Of a DNA stretch of 64,000 nucleotides, positions 1 to 13,933 are shown piece by piece. Origin of the DNA: Octopus sinensis (taxonomy: Eukaryota); the NCBI RefSeq assembly GCF_006345805.1, contig NC_042997.1, positions 209,684,001 to 209,748,000 of the forward strand, given 5' to 3'. A program made the translations under genes and the position numbers. The notes below the pieces were generated by a model that saw nothing but the letters and a program-made list of their open reading frames with translations, was not told where the DNA came from and made no database searches. Numbering within the stretch: the first letter of the stretch is position 1; each line of letters starts with the position of its first letter.

Positions 1-564
1 TTAGCAAGCAAAGTTTATTGTCCAATGAATGAGGGGTACTCATAAGTGGGCTGATTACACCCCATGCTTGGATGTGCTTTTAACGTTCCACTGGCACAAA
101 TGCCAATCAAGCGGTACTGCCATCGGCCATGTCAGCGATTTGGATTTGATTATGTATGATTAATTAAAAGCAGTGTGAATAAATAAGCAATATATTTGAT
201 AGTAATCTGAATGCTAAAGAGTTAACAGGAGAAATCCTTGCTGCTAATAAAACAAACCCCTTTTCAAAACTTCTCCCATCCCTCTGTTATTAAAGCTACT
301 GTATTATCACCTGTACATCTCCAACGTTAATTAGGTCACCTAGGTAACAGAAACTACCAACTACTTTTCTCATTGAACCAACAACTGAGCTGGTAATGTA
401 CTTTTGTCACTAGGTGTCCTTCATGCTGACTGCTTTAGTACATCTGCACCAGGTTATGTCCTGGTTCTCTCTCTCTCTCTCTCTCTCTCTGTTCTCCTGA
501 AATCTCATTGCATCTTTTGTGTACTCATTGCATTGAGTTCACAATAAAATGAACAGCAGTGCCA

Positions 565-965
565 AGTGGAGGTGCAATGACCCAGTGGTTAGGGCAGCGG
601 ACTCGCAGTCGGAGGATCACTGTTTCGATTCCCAGACCGGGCGTTGTGTGTGTTTATTGAGCGAAAACACCTAAAAGCTCCACGAGGCTCCGGCAGGGGG
701 TGGTGGCGACCCGTGTTGTATTCTTTCGCCCCAACTTTCTCTCACTCTTTATTCCTGTTTCTTGTCCCCGACTTCCCATGCAACTGCTGAGCCTGGATGT
801 GCATTCATCCATCCATCGATCCTCTCGGTGTCGGTGGTTGACCTGCTTTCTCTTCTGCGGGTCTTACGAATAGCAAAGGACCACGTTTTGGACTTCTACA
901 GACAATCCTGAGGCGTGATCTTGTGAGCTCTGGGACAAAGACCGCTTCGCTCAATAAACAAACAA
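565..965 (+). mobile_element. tRNA-derived SINE (head family D, tail type 1), full length
   Basis: A/B boxes (CCCAGTGGTTAGG...TTTCGATTCC); 13-bp TSD AACAGCAGTGCCA at 552-564 and 966-978; homologous copy at about 55664-56040. Confidence 0.85.
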
Positions 966-1927
966 AACAGCAGTGCCATCCAGATGTCCACTGCTGTTTA
1001 TTTTATTGATCTCAGATGTAAAACAAAATTGACCGTCACACGACTTGAACTCCGAGTGTTCTTTATTAGCATTTTTAGTCTTAACAACATTGATCTTTAC
1101 TTGTTTGGATTCTAGACTTCTCATCTAAACACAACTGGAGCTAGAACAAATACAGCAAAGCACTTTCTCTGACACACTAATGATTCTGTAATTCCTTCCC
1201 AGTTGATGTAGCTACGATGAATCAGGTTGTTTGGTGGACAATGCCGAGCGGATTAAGGACAGACACCTTCTTCTTCGGTCCAGTCTCCATCAACCTTATC
1301 AAGCTCCACTTGGAAAGGAAAGTGAGCGTTGAGAGGGAAGTACTCACTCCTTGTGAATTTGTCAAAATTGGTTTGAGTAAACAGACCTACACTTGTAGAT
1401 TGGAGAGCAACAGTTGGCTGAGGGCTTGTGCCCTTCGTCATCAAGGCGATCCTGGATTTGTGGGGCTCCTTGATTGGCCCTAGCTGGAGGCTTTTTCTGT
1501 ATCAGTAAGACTGAATCATCAATGTGTTTACACGTGTTGCATACTATGTATATTTTTTCTTCTTTCCTCCCCCTTCTCCATTTCTTTCCCACATCATATA
1601 TTTTGACCCACAAACAAATTGTAAACTGTCCTTGTAATGTCCTCCTTACTTGATGCCCTTCTGGCAAATAAAAGGAGTTATTATTATTGTTATCATTATT
1701 GTCAGTGATCATCATCATCATTGTTTAACGTCTGTTTTCCATGCTGGCATGAATTGGACGGTTCGACTGGGGTCTGGAAAGCCAGGAGGCTGCACCAGGC
1801 TCCAATCTGATCTGGTAAGGTTTCTACAGCTGGATGCCCTTCCTAATGCCAACGACTCCAAGAGTGTAGTGGGTGCTTTTTACATGCCGCTGGCACAAGA
1901 GCCAGTCAGGGGCACTGGCATCGATCA

Positions 1928-2308
1928 TCTCTCTCTATATAAATGGCAGTTTGTCTGTGCGTGTTTCTGTGTGTCTGTTTGCTTGTACCCTCACCCTGAC
2001 CACGGCTTTCAACCGATTCTGATGAAACTTGACACACACATAGCCCAATGTCATAATTCAAAACTAACGCAGCGAAAATTTTGAATAGTTCCCCCAGTTC
2101 TGAAAAAAATCGATAAATTCGACATGGGGTCGAGAATCAGAAACACAAACCGCAAACTGTCTAGGGGACGCAACTCCACCTTTTTTAACTAAAAAAAAAA
2201 TTTACCATCATTTTTTTCCATTTTTTTGCTCTTTTTTGGCTATAACTCTAAAAATGCTTTATAATTATTTCCCTTACAAACCTGAGCAACGCCGGGCGAT
2301 ACTGCTAG
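1928..2308 (+). mobile_element. Short non-autonomous Helitron
   Basis: A|TCTCTCTCTATATAAA at the 5' end; subterminal hairpin CCTGAGCAACGCCGGG; CTAG|T at the 3' end; no TSD. Confidence 0.78.
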
Positions 2309-2729
2309 TGTTATTATAATATTTATGTTCTGAGTTCAAATTCTGCCAAGGTCGACTTTGCCTTTCATCATTTCAGGGTCATAAATTAAGTACCAGTGAA
2401 ACACTGGGTTTGATGTAATCAACTAGTTCTCTTCCCCCAAATTTCAGACCTTGTGTTTATAATAGAAAGGATTATTATTTTTATTATTATTATTATTATT
2501 ATTATGGTGGTGAACTTTTAGAATTGTCAGAGCATCAGACAAAATTTTTAACAGCATCTTTTCAGGCTCTTTACATTCTGAGATAAAATGCCGACATGCC
2601 CACCACCTTCAAAAATTGCTGGCCTTGTGCTTTTAGTGGAAAGGATTATTATTATTACTTTTACCGTTATTCTGCTGAGGTCAACTTTACCTTTCATCCT
2701 CTCAGGATCAATAAAATAAGTACCAGTCA

Positions 2730-3070
2730 TCATTCTCTCTCTCTCTCACTCCCTCTATCTCCTCTCCCCCTCCCTCTATCTCTCACTATCTCTCTCCCCC
2801 TCTCTTCTCTCCCTTTCTCTTGTTCTATCTCCTCTCCCCCTCTTCCCTCTCTCTCCACTACTTTCTCTCCCTCCCTCTCTCTTTCTCTTGCTCTTCCCCT
2901 CCCTCTATCTCCTCTCCCCTCTTCCCTCTCTCACCATCTCTCTCCCCACCTATCTCTCCCTCCCCCTCTCTTCTCTCTCTCTTGCTTTCTCCTTCCCTCT
3001 ATCTCCCCTCCCCCTGCCTCCCACTCCTCTTCTCCTCTCTCCCCCTCTCTCTCCATCTCTCTCTGGCTGG
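2730..3070. repeat. (CT)n-rich microsatellite
   Basis: Direct inspection. Confidence 0.9.
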
Positions 3071-4119
3071 TTAACCTCCTACCTCCTCTACATCAAGGCA
3101 CCTCTTTCTGTCTCTCTGTCTCACTATACCCTTTCATCATCTGACACAAGATCACCTCCTCCAATGCCCCCTCCCCTCTCAAAAGATTTTTTTTTTCTTG
3201 CAAGGTACTTGGTGACCCTGTCAGTGCTGGTGCCACATAAAAAGCACTAAGTCCACTCTGCTGAATGGTTGGTCTTCAAAAGGGCATCCAGCTGTAAAAA
3301 CCTTGCCAAAACTGACCCCACCTGTGCTTGTGCCACATAAAAAGCACTCAGTCCACTCTGCCGAATGGTTAGTGTTAGGAAGGGCATCCAGCTGTAGAAA
3401 CTCTGCCAAAACAGTCCCAGAAGCCCGATGCAGGCTTCTGCCTGGCCGGCTCCTGTCAACCTGTCCCACCCATGCCAGCATGGAAGGCAGATGTTAAACG
3501 ATCAAGATGATGATGATGATGATGATAACACTGGGACTGATGTAGTCAACATACCCCTCCACCGCCCCAGACTTGCTGGCCTGGTACCAAAATTTGTAAC
3601 CATTTCCATCATCATCATCATCATGATGTTTGTGAGTGTATAAATTAATTTATTTTCCTACTTTCCTGGCAACAATCTTTATTAATTTCCCTCAGGTCTT
3701 TTCTTAGATACACTTAGGCAGATAGTGTAAAATATAATTTTTTTTTTTTTTACATTTTTACACTGTTTAAATCTAAAGAAGACAGTTTGAAAAAAAATAG
3801 AAATGAAAACGTAAAGAAAATTCGCAGCGTTTTAAGTGCCAACATTGTCACTTTAAAGACGATTGCATGTCTATTCAATTAAAGAGACAGCGGAATATTG
3901 TATTGATCAGATGCATCTAGGACTGGCTTAGAAATGTGAGTTTGGCTGAGTCTGACTGCTGAATTGTCATTTATTAGCATTTCTCCTCACATTACCAAAA
4001 GATGAGCATCAAAAACTTCCTCTCAAGAACTGACACATCAATTGAAATCAAATAGAAAAAGCAAAAACAGAAAAAAAAAAAGCTACCAGAAGTCTATATA
4101 TTTCACACACATACACACT

Positions 4120-4580
4120 GTCTGTCTGTCTGTCTTTCTTTCTCTCACTCTTTCTTTTTCACTCTTTCTTTCTCTATTTCTTTCTTTCTCTCTCACTCTT
4201 CCTTCCTTTCTCATTCTTCCTTCTTTCTTTCTTTCTTTCATTCTTTTTGTTTCTTTCTCTCTCTCTCTTTCTTTCATTTTTCTTTCTCTCTCTTCCTTCC
4301 TTCCTTTCTTTTTTGTTTGTTTGTTTGTTTCTTCCTTCCTTTCCTTCCTTCCTTTCTCACTCTTCCTTCTTTCTTTCTCTCTCTATCTCTTTCATTCTTT
4401 CTTTCATTCTTTTTGTTTCTTTCTCTCTCTCTCTTTCTTTCATTTTTCTTTCTCTCTCTCTCCTTTGTTTCTTTCTCTCTCTCTCTCTCTCTCTCTCCTT
4501 TGTTTCTTTCTCTCTCTCTCTCTCTCTCTCCTTTCTTTCTCTTCCTTCCTTCCTTCCTTCCTTCCTTCCTTCCTTCCTTT
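4120..4580. repeat. (CT)/(TTTC)/(TTCC) compound microsatellite
   Basis: Direct inspection. Confidence 0.9.
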
Positions 4581-6267
4581 CCAGTCATGAAAGGCAACCA
4601 TAATTCTCTCCTACATTCACACTTTCTGTATCCAACACAAACATTAATACTTTAACTCTTGTTGTTTTTCATTTTTATTATTATTTTGGTGTCCCCTGTA
4701 TTGTGAGGTTTCTATTGCTGTGCTTTCTTCATTGCAATAAGGTCCCTATTGTCGTTGAGTGCCCAGTGTTGATAAATCCCTAGTTTTGTGCCATCCACAT
4801 TCATGGGAATTTTCTCCTGGGACTATTTCTGCAGTGGAAGGTCTTGTCACGCTTGAATGCACTTAATCATCCCCACCACCACAAAAAACACACCATTACC
4901 CCACATCTATCTTGAAATTATTATCAATCTTGTAAATATTACGTAAATCTGATTCTTTACTGAAAAAAAGAGTGAGTGGTCATTCAATTAAGTTGGCTGT
5001 TTTTATCTATAACACACACACACACATACACATGTGTATGTGTGATTCTCTTTTGAGAGAGAAGTACAACATCTCATGATGGCCTTTTGCAATAGAGAAC
5101 TGTTGCAGACCCTTCCCTCAGTATTTATTGAGAAACTAAGGCAGCAAGCTGGCAGAGTCATGAGCAAACCAGAAAGAATGCTTAATGGTATTTCATCTGC
5201 TGTTAAGTTCTGAGTTCAAATTCCACCAACGTCAACTTTGCCTTTTCATCCTTTCGGGGTCGATAAATTAAGTACCAGTTACGCATTGGGGTCGATATAA
5301 TCGATTTAATCCCTTTGTCTGTCCTTGTTTGTCCTCTCTGTGTTTAGCCCCTTGTGGGTAGTAAAGAAATAGGTATTTCGTCCGTCTTTGTGTTCTGAGC
5401 CCAGATTCCACCAAAGTCAACATTACCTTCCAACATTTTGGGGTTGATAAAATAGCACCAATCAAACACTTGGGGGTGAGGTAATCGGTTTTACCCAGGC
5501 CCCAAAATAGCTGACCTTGTGCCGAAATTTGAGGCCAGTATTTATTGAAAAACTACCAACTATTATTCATGCAAGGGATTTATCATAGCCTGAGAGATGG
5601 TCATATATTAAAAGGAAAAAAAAAAACAACCCAGCAAAAACAAAACCAACATTCAGCTATTCACGAGCAATAAAATTCATTATTAACAATAGCCATCTTT
5701 CTTGCTTTTGTGTATTTCACATGTAGTGAAGACATGAAAATGTCATGTGTTTATACATGTGAATACATGAATACAATCAAACAATTGAGCAGAAGGATGT
5801 ATCACACATTTTCATGCGTTTTTTTTTGTTTCTTTCTTTCCAAGCCAATAATCAAATGTCAGTGTTCTTTGACCCTTTTCATATCAACCCCACTGGAAAC
5901 CGCTTTTGCTTCTCTGATACAAATTCCCTCTTTTAAAAGGATCTAAGTTAAAACCTACCACAAAGTTTCATTTTAATTTATATTTTAAACTCCAGTTTAA
6001 AAACGACAAAGTCCTTTTGATAAATATTATTCTTTATTCATTAATTTTTAAACAAAGGCAGTTTTATTTAAGCAACAAAAAAATATAACAAAAGTGGTAA
6101 TATCTAATATTTCAATGTTTTTACAAATATGTTTTCTTGTTTAGTGTCATGCTGCTTCTCCTAAGAATTACAATTCAAAAATCTGCAGCTTCTAAAAATT
6201 TTATATGTAGGTGTGTGTATGTGTGTGCCTGCACAAGTGTGTGTAGATTTAATATATGTGTATATTA

Positions 6268-6665
6268 AAGCGGCAAGTTGGCAGAAACGTTAGCATGCCA
6301 GGCAAAATGCTTAGCAGTATTTCGTCTGCCACTACATTCTGAGTTCAAATTCCGCCGAGGTCGACTTTGCCTTTCATCCTTTCAGGGTCGATAAATTAAG
6401 TACCAGTTATGCACTGGGGTCGATATAATTGACTTAATCCATTTGTCTGTTCTTGTTTCTCCCCTCTGTTTGTAGCCCCTTGTGGGCAGTAAAGAAATAG
6501 GTTTTTCATCTGTCTTTATGTTCTGAGTTCAAATTCCGCCGAGGTTGACTTTGCCTTTCATCCTTTCAGGGTCGATAAATTAAGTAACACTTGTGCACTG
6601 GGGTCAATCCAATTGACTGCTCCCTCTCCCAAAATTTGGGCCATGTGCTTAGAGCAGAAAAGAAT
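6268..6665 (+). mobile_element. tRNA-derived SINE family A, dimeric
   Basis: Head ...TTCTGAGTTCAAATTCC followed by the core GCCTTTCATCCTTTCRGGGTCGATAAA, present twice. Copies also at 5138-5545, 32240-32660(-), 41262-41495. The core resembles the MetaSINE central domain (from memory). Confidence 0.78.
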
Positions 6666-8030
6666 ATATGTGTATATATATTAGCTGTACTATTCATTAG
6701 ATTCTAGGCACAACACAAAGGATGCCAGAAATGTCCAGGCACAATAACATAGGGTTCCTGGTGAGGTAAAAGAACCATGAAGGTATCATGCAGATATGTA
6801 TGGACCAAATCCAATTTCAACTGCAGATCCAACACTAAGCTGGTTCTAGGTGCAGAGACAAGTTTATCTTATTGGTATTTTAGTGCAAATATGACATATA
6901 TCACTTTTAATAAGTTGCACAGATTCCGTGCTGTCAATGTTTTTGTTGTTTAGCTATTTCTTGTAGGCTAAAAAACCACATAGAGGTTCTCTCGTTGGCT
7001 CGTGGTTTTGCCAATATATTGTTATTATGGAATTTGGTTTTTCCTTTTCGTTTCTCTCTTTTTTCTTTGATGATGTTTTTCAAATATTTCTTCATGATTT
7101 CTTCTAAAAGCTTTCAGCTGAATGTTACATTTTCACAGACTTTCTAGAAAAACCTTGAAATATGTTTACCATGAAATTCCAGATTCCCAATAAAATGGTA
7201 TTTGTTCTTATTGTCATTACAGAAACTTTATTTTTAGTTCTGTCTGAAGAGCAAATTCTTGTAAAATATCACATGTAGCAATATTTTTATCTTTTACCGT
7301 CTCAAAATTGCTATTTTGTACAAAAAAGAATGTTTTTCTTTTTCCTTTTTCTCTGAAAAAAAACCAACTTTTCCATATTCCAAGCTAAAATTTTGGGTGA
7401 AAATGTTTACCAAACTTTGGAAATGGTAAAATACTCTATAAACATGAATGCATATGTACTATGCTTGTCTATAATATTGACTTCTGTATTTGGCACAAGG
7501 CCAGCAAGTTCAGGTGAGCAGATAAGCCGGTTACCCCCAAGGATCAGCTGATACTTACTGTATCGACCCCGAAAGGAAGAAAGGCAAAGTTGATCTTGAC
7601 AAGATTTGAACTCAAAATATAAAGACAAAAGAATTACTGCTAAGCACTTTGTCCGGCATGATAACGGTTCTGCCACCTCTCTGCCTTATGCTTGTCTTTG
7701 ATATTAGTTTCAAATTTTGATACAAGGCCAGCAATTTAACGCTTTCGTTAGTGTATTTATTTTGAGGTTCTCTGTGTTTCTTTCAATTATTTTATATATA
7801 ACAAAGAATTTAGTAAAACAACTTAGTTATCATTAAGCTGGTGTTAGGAACATAAATTGTGACTAAGGTTAGTGGAAGATTTTTATTCAAAACTTATGAA
7901 AACAAGGCATTTGTACTCAGAGCCAGAGGCAGTTTCAGCCGGGTTGGTCACAAAAGGGTTAAGTGGAGCAGGTCAGTTGATTACATCAATTCTCAATACA
8001 CATTGGTACTTATTTTATTGAACCCGAAAG

Positions 8031-10466
8031 AATGAAAGGTAAATTTGATGTTGGTGGAATTTGAACTCAGAATGTAAAAACGGCTGGAATGGCCCTAAGC
8101 GTTTGGCCTGGCATGCCAATGATTCTGGGTCTCGCTGTCTCATGCTTGTCTTATAATGTTGCAAGTATTTCTAATCTGATGTATTCTCGTGGGCAGCATT
8201 TGATCTGTCCATTTTATGACAGCTAAATAATACACCTGGATTACAACATCTAATTGGCGACTACATTTGTTCGTTTGTACATATTTCTATGGAAACGACT
8301 ATAATTTATTTCCTTTCCAATGTTCTGTATAAATTGCTTTTATGTCAGTCATGCCTCAAGGGGGGGGGGAAGGGTCTGAAGCTGACCAATGAAACCAACT
8401 TTCAGTTTCCTTAGAATATGTCTTGTTATATTTATTTAGTTTGTTATATTTATTTTGTTTTTTTGGTTTTCTTCTTTCATTCTTTCACTTATTTCAGTCA
8501 TTTGACTGGGGCCATGCTGGGGCATTGCCTTGAAGGGTTTAGTCAAACAAATCAACCCCAGCGTTTAGTTTGAAATCTGGTGCTTATTCTCTTTTCACCA
8601 AACAGCTAAATTATGGGGATGCAAACAAACTAACACTGGCTGTCAAGCAAGGGTGAGGAACACACACACAAACACACACACATGATAGCTTCCAAATTTG
8701 CCTGCAAGACCATGATTGGCTCAGGGATATAGTAAACACTTGTCCAAGGTTCTGCACCGTAGGACTGAACCTGGAACCACTTGGTTACAATGCAAACTTC
8801 TTAACCATACAGCCATTCCTGCACCTATCATAATAAACATTTGTCAATTTTCTTTTATTGTTTTTTTTTTTCTTCTTTTTTCCCAGGATCTGTCAAATGG
8901 CCGGAACTTTACAAATTTATTACTCTCTTTAGTATCATGGTGTCTGAAATTCAATTCTTCGAGCGAATCATTACTTACAGAAACTGGTAAGCATAACACT
9001 CTTTGGTTACTTTTCTTATTAAAGCCACATCATGGAATTTCACCATTTTTATGTGGTAGCCATAAAAACTGCGTGGATTAACACTTTGTCCAGGGCATCA
9101 CGAGTGATAAAGGGGACAGGACCTATTTCCCTGGTGTCCATGCATTGTTTATGCTACACATTACTGATGTTTTCTAAATCACCAGAACAACTTGGGACTT
9201 ATGAAAAGAAAGCTTTATATTACAGGGAATGTATGAAACAGGATCTAACTAAATGTATGAAAACACGCTTGGACATTTAGGACAAACATATGGAAATACT
9301 CTGGACAGGCAAAGGGCTAATTTGAAGGTCAATTTTGCGTAAATTTAATAAATGCCAAACACAACACTTGGATTATCATTTCATCATCATCATCATCATC
9401 ATGATAAAATGCATTATTTGGATGGAGTTTATTGAAGCATATTTTCTATGGTTGGATGCCTTTCCTGTCTTCAACCTTTATCTGTTTCCAAGCGAAGTAA
9501 TGTTTCCTCGTGCCATGTTTTTGCAGAATATCAGTTTCAAATTTTGGCACAAGGCCAGCAATTTCAGGGGAGTTGGGTAAGTCAGTTACATTGACCTCAG
9601 TGTTCAGCTGGTACTTATTTTATTGATCCCCACCCCCTGCCAAAAGGATGAATGTTAAAGTTGATCTTGGTAGAATCTGAACTCAAAACTTAAGGGTGGA
9701 TAAAAATGCCACTAAGCGTTTTGCCTGGTGGGCTAACAGTTCTGCTAGCTTGTCTCCTTCATTTTGAAGAATATTGGAAATGAACGACTCTCATTTACAA
9801 CACTGAAGCAATGTTCAGACAAGGGAACACAAACATATTCACCCACTCACATACAACACTCCACTCCGAGTGTGACTCCAGTCCATCACAGAGTTACTCC
9901 TTTACAGCTGAGTGGACTATAGCAATGTGAAACGAATGAGGTGGTAGGTGGTGAAGAATGAACTTTGAATGTTGGGCCTCACAGATGCAATGATGAAAGA
10001 CTGGGACCTCTGGAGGTATGCTGTAATTGAGAAAACCTGGCAAGTAATGAAAGGTAAATTTGATGTTGGTGGAATTTGAACTCAGAATGTAAAAACGGCT
10101 GGAATGGCCCTAAGCGTTTGGCGTGGCATCCCAATGATTCTGGGTCCCGCTGTCTCATGCTTGTCTTATAATGTTGCAAGTACTTCTAATCTGATGTATT
10201 CTCGTGGGCAGCATTTGATCTGTCCATTTTATGACAGCTAAATAATACACCTGGATTACAACATCTAATTGGCGACTACATTTGTTCGTTTGTACATATT
10301 TCTATGGAAACGACTATAATTTATTTCCTTTCCAATGTTCTGTATAAATTGCTTTTATGTCAGTCATGCCTCAAGGGGGGGGGAAGGGTCTGAAGCTGAC
10401 CAATGAAACCAACTTTCAGTTTCCTTAGAATATGTCTTGTTATATTTATTTAGTTTGTTATATTTA
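8031..10466 (+). repeat. Near-identical direct duplication of about 422 bp (8031-8452 and 10046-10466)
   Basis: Colinear match with only a few substitutions and a poly-G length difference. Confidence 0.92.
8887..8986 (+). CDS. LYST: LYST exon (100 nt, phase 0 to 1): DLSNGRNFTNLLLSLVSWCLKFNSSSESLLTET
   Basis: Long polypyrimidine tract + cccag acceptor; G|gtaagc donor. The phase joins the next exon, and the peptide resembles human REELLTLLLSLLPLVWKI. Confidence 0.8.
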
Positions 10467-12770
10467 CTCCAGTAATGTGAAACGAATGAGGTGGTGGTGG
10501 TGGTGGTAGTGAAGCATGACCTTCGAACATTGGGCTTCACAGAGGCAATGACGAAGGACTGAGGCCTCTGGAGATATGCTGTAATTGAGAAGACCCGGCA
10601 AGTAAAGTGAGATCACAGCTCTAACCTACACCAGTGTCGCATAACCAGCCCATTTAAAAAGTACCTTTGAATTGTCGGGCAACAAACCGTGCTTAAGGAG
10701 ACCTATTGAGTCAAGTAAAATCAAAAGTCAAATCAAATCACAATCAAATGGAAATTGTAGTTGTGGTTGATGCCAGTGCCACCTGACTGGCTCCCCGTGC
10801 TGGTGGCATGCAATAAGCACTATTCATGTGTGGGTCATTCCCAGTGCTGCTTGACTGGCTCCCCATACCGGTGGCACGTAAAAAGCACCATCCAAATGTG
10901 GTCAATGACAGTGCGCCCGACTGGCTCCTGTGCTGGTGGCACATAAAAGGCACCCACGATACTCTGAGTGGTTGGCGTTAGGAAGGGCATCCAGCTGTAG
11001 AAACACTGCCAGATCAGACTGAGCCTGGCACAGCCTTCTGGCTTCCCAGACCCCAGTCGAACCGTCCAACCCATGCTAGCATGGAAAACGGGCGTTAAAA
11101 AATTATGATACTGATGAACTGGTCCTGAAATTAAAACTACAATCTTGTGATCATGAGTGCAATACCCTTATCATTAGGCTACACATATACCTCTTGTGTT
11201 CAACCCATCCTAGACTCCATCCCTTCTCAAAGGCCACCCACTGATTTGTATGGAGTCCCTATCATCAACACACATCATTCCACAGATGTGTTGTCTTCTC
11301 CTCTTTCTACTCCTACACAGTACCACCTGATCCACTGAGCTTGGCTGGTCTTACATCATCTCCACTCATAATATCCTCAACTCCCCCCTATTACATTCAC
11401 CCTTCAGGTCCCTGATCTTCCCTGAATGTCAACCCCTGGAACTCCATCACTTCCCCTGTAGTAGCTGACTTGCAAATGTTGAAAATGCACTTGAGCCATG
11501 CCAGTCTCAACAGGTCTTGGAGGGCCTTCAGAAGCACGTAGCACAGCCAGTTCCTCCTGATCAAACATTGGAAATCAAAGCAAAGTATTTCGTGCTAGTT
11601 TCTCAGAATGTGACACTTTGAAGAAATGGTTTTTCTTCTTTCACCAATATTTCAAACATCATAGAGATGCACATACACAGACCAGTGTGTCGGAGGCTGG
11701 GGTTTTATTATTCTCAGCTTGAAGTCTTCTTTGGAAACTCATAAATATAGTTTTAATGAGAACTATCAAAAATACATCAAATTTACCGGATATCTTTGAA
11801 AACTTCAGTCATCTTATTGGTGTTCAAAGAAATCATCATCATCAGCATCATCATCGTTATTATCTGTAGACTTCATTATATACGTGTGTGTGTGTATAAA
11901 CAAGTGGGGTGGGGGTTGGCAATTAGTTGTAGAAAACTCTGCTCCAGCATGATCTCATCTGAATTATGCAAACATGGGAAAGTAGACATTAAAATGCTGA
12001 TGATTTTATATATATCATCATCATCATCATCGTTTAACATCTGCTTTCCTTGCTGGCATATGTTGGACGGTTTGACTGGGGACTGGCGAGCCAGGAGGCT
12101 GCACCAGGCTCCAATCTGATCTGGTTCCAGGTTCATTCCCACTGTGTGGCACCTTGGGCAAGTGCCTTCTACTATATCCTCAGGCTGACTAAAGCCTTGT
12201 GAGTGGATTTGGTAGACGGAAACTGAAAGAAGCCCATCGTATATATTTATATATGTGTGTGTGTGTGTGTGTATGTTTGTGTCTGTGTTTGCCCCCCCAG
12301 CATCGCTTGACAACCGATGCTGGTGTGTTTACGTCCCCGTAACTTAGTGGTTCGGCAAAAAGAGACCGATAGAATAAGTACTAGGCTTACAAAGAATAAG
12401 TCCTGGGGTCGATTTGCTCAACTAAAAGGTGGTGCTCTAGCATGGCCGCAGTCAAATGACTGAAACCAGTAAAAGAATATACATACATACACCCACATGC
12501 ACACACACCTTGTTTGCCCATGTTGTTAGTGTTGGTTAATAAATCTGTAGCTATGATCTGGAGTACTTCGCAGCAATTATGTGTGTGTGTGCGTTTGTCA
12601 TCCTAGAAGTAATGGCTTACTTTCTAACAAAGAAACAAAGCCCCTTTGCTGGCAATTGTTAAATCTAGGCTTTGTATGCTTTTATTGTTGAGCATAAAAG
12701 AGTGAAACGAGGGAGGATGTTAGCTGCTCTGTTTGTTTGGCTGAAAATCCTTGCATTTGCAGGTTGTCAT

Positions 12771-13050
12771 TTAGACATTTCCTAACATCACCATCCCTAT
12801 AATTATTGGTATAAATATGAATTTATGATCAGGGTAGAGGAGCTGCTGGTTTTGAAGCAATTGTTCGTAAATATTCTTGTTTTCACTGTGTTTGGAAGAA
12901 GTGTTTACATCCGTAGGTCTTCCATAATGGTTCAGCCTTTGTTTTCCGTTCCAAACGATTGTATCTGACCTGTTGTTTTTGTGTTTAGTGGAAGTTATCT
13001 TTGGTATACAACAATCACTTGGTCTCTCCATTCTTAATACATTCCAGAAA
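12771..13050 (-). mobile_element. Decayed RLE-type non-LTR retrotransposon fragment
   Basis: KHKNNRSDTIVW...PTDVN...ENKNIYEQLLQNQQLLYPDHKFIFIPIIIG resembles the NKPD...KY...PIIIG endonuclease end of R4-like elements. Confidence 0.6.
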
Positions 13051-13933
13051 ATTCAAACATGAATATGGTAATCCCATTGTATTTTGTCTCCCCCAGATCT
13101 AAGCCACCAGATCATCACATCTTCTCCACCACTATACATCTCACCCCCTCCCATCCATGCCCTACGCCTACCTACCTCTCTTTCCTCCACACCCTCGCAG
13201 CCTACACAACATCTTCTCATCTCTCTCTTCCTCTCATCCCTCCCTTATCATTGTTATTCTTTTACCCCTCACCCCTATGCATTGTTAGTCACTCTCCACC
13301 CCTTTTCACCATTCACTACTTCCACCCCTTTACCCTATCAAACCCCTACAGTTGTCACCTACTCTTCCCTACATCCTCTCCACTTATGATCCACTCAACA
13401 TTTTCTTCTTTATTCATTATATTCACCCCCTCCATCCATTCCTCATCCCTTATTCTTTTATACACTCTTGCAACTTCCATCACCCACATTCCCTGTTCAT
13501 ATTCCCCCACCCTACCCAACGCCTATTTACCTTGTACCTTGAGGGGCCCATACAGACACCTTTAAATAACTATTTTTACCTCTTCCCTACTCCACCCCTA
13601 TCATTCTCTGCTCTCTCTTTGAAAATGTGAGTAGCCCTGTAGCCCCTCTACAGCAAGAAACCTGTTTTTCTCAGGCCCCTTCTCTCATACTTTAGCCCTT
13701 CATTTCCTAGCATAAAACCCACCTCTCTTGGGGGTTTGTAGTTTTACAAGTTGCGTGACAACCTAAGTAATGCTGGTGCCATGAAAAAAGAACCCAGTCC
13801 ATGCTGTGAAATGGTTGACATTAGGAAGGGCATCCAGCCATAGAAAACCTACCAAAGTAGGCTGTGGAGTATGATGCAGTCCTTGGGTCTGTTGGATCCC
13901 CTCAAACTGTCCAATCTCTGCCAGCATGGAACG

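Noticed and set aside
565-640. tRNA gene
   Set aside because: A/B boxes are present, but the sequence continues into a SINE body with TSDs and I could not form a full cloverleaf; the same holds for the other SINE heads.
2596-4655. Long Leu/Ser/Phe- or Arg/Glu-rich ORFs (up to 182 aa)
   Set aside because: Translations of CT/TTTC microsatellites; the same applies at 29415-30047.
6968-7040. SLARGF peptide resembling human LYST SLAREF
   Set aside because: No start codon or usable donor in the required phase; probably chance.
11100-11135. CTGATGA...GAAAT as another hammerhead
   Set aside because: No stem II pairing, no GAAAC/stem III and no stem I complement; similar isolated CTGANGA hits at about 34665, 51285 and 54920 also fail.
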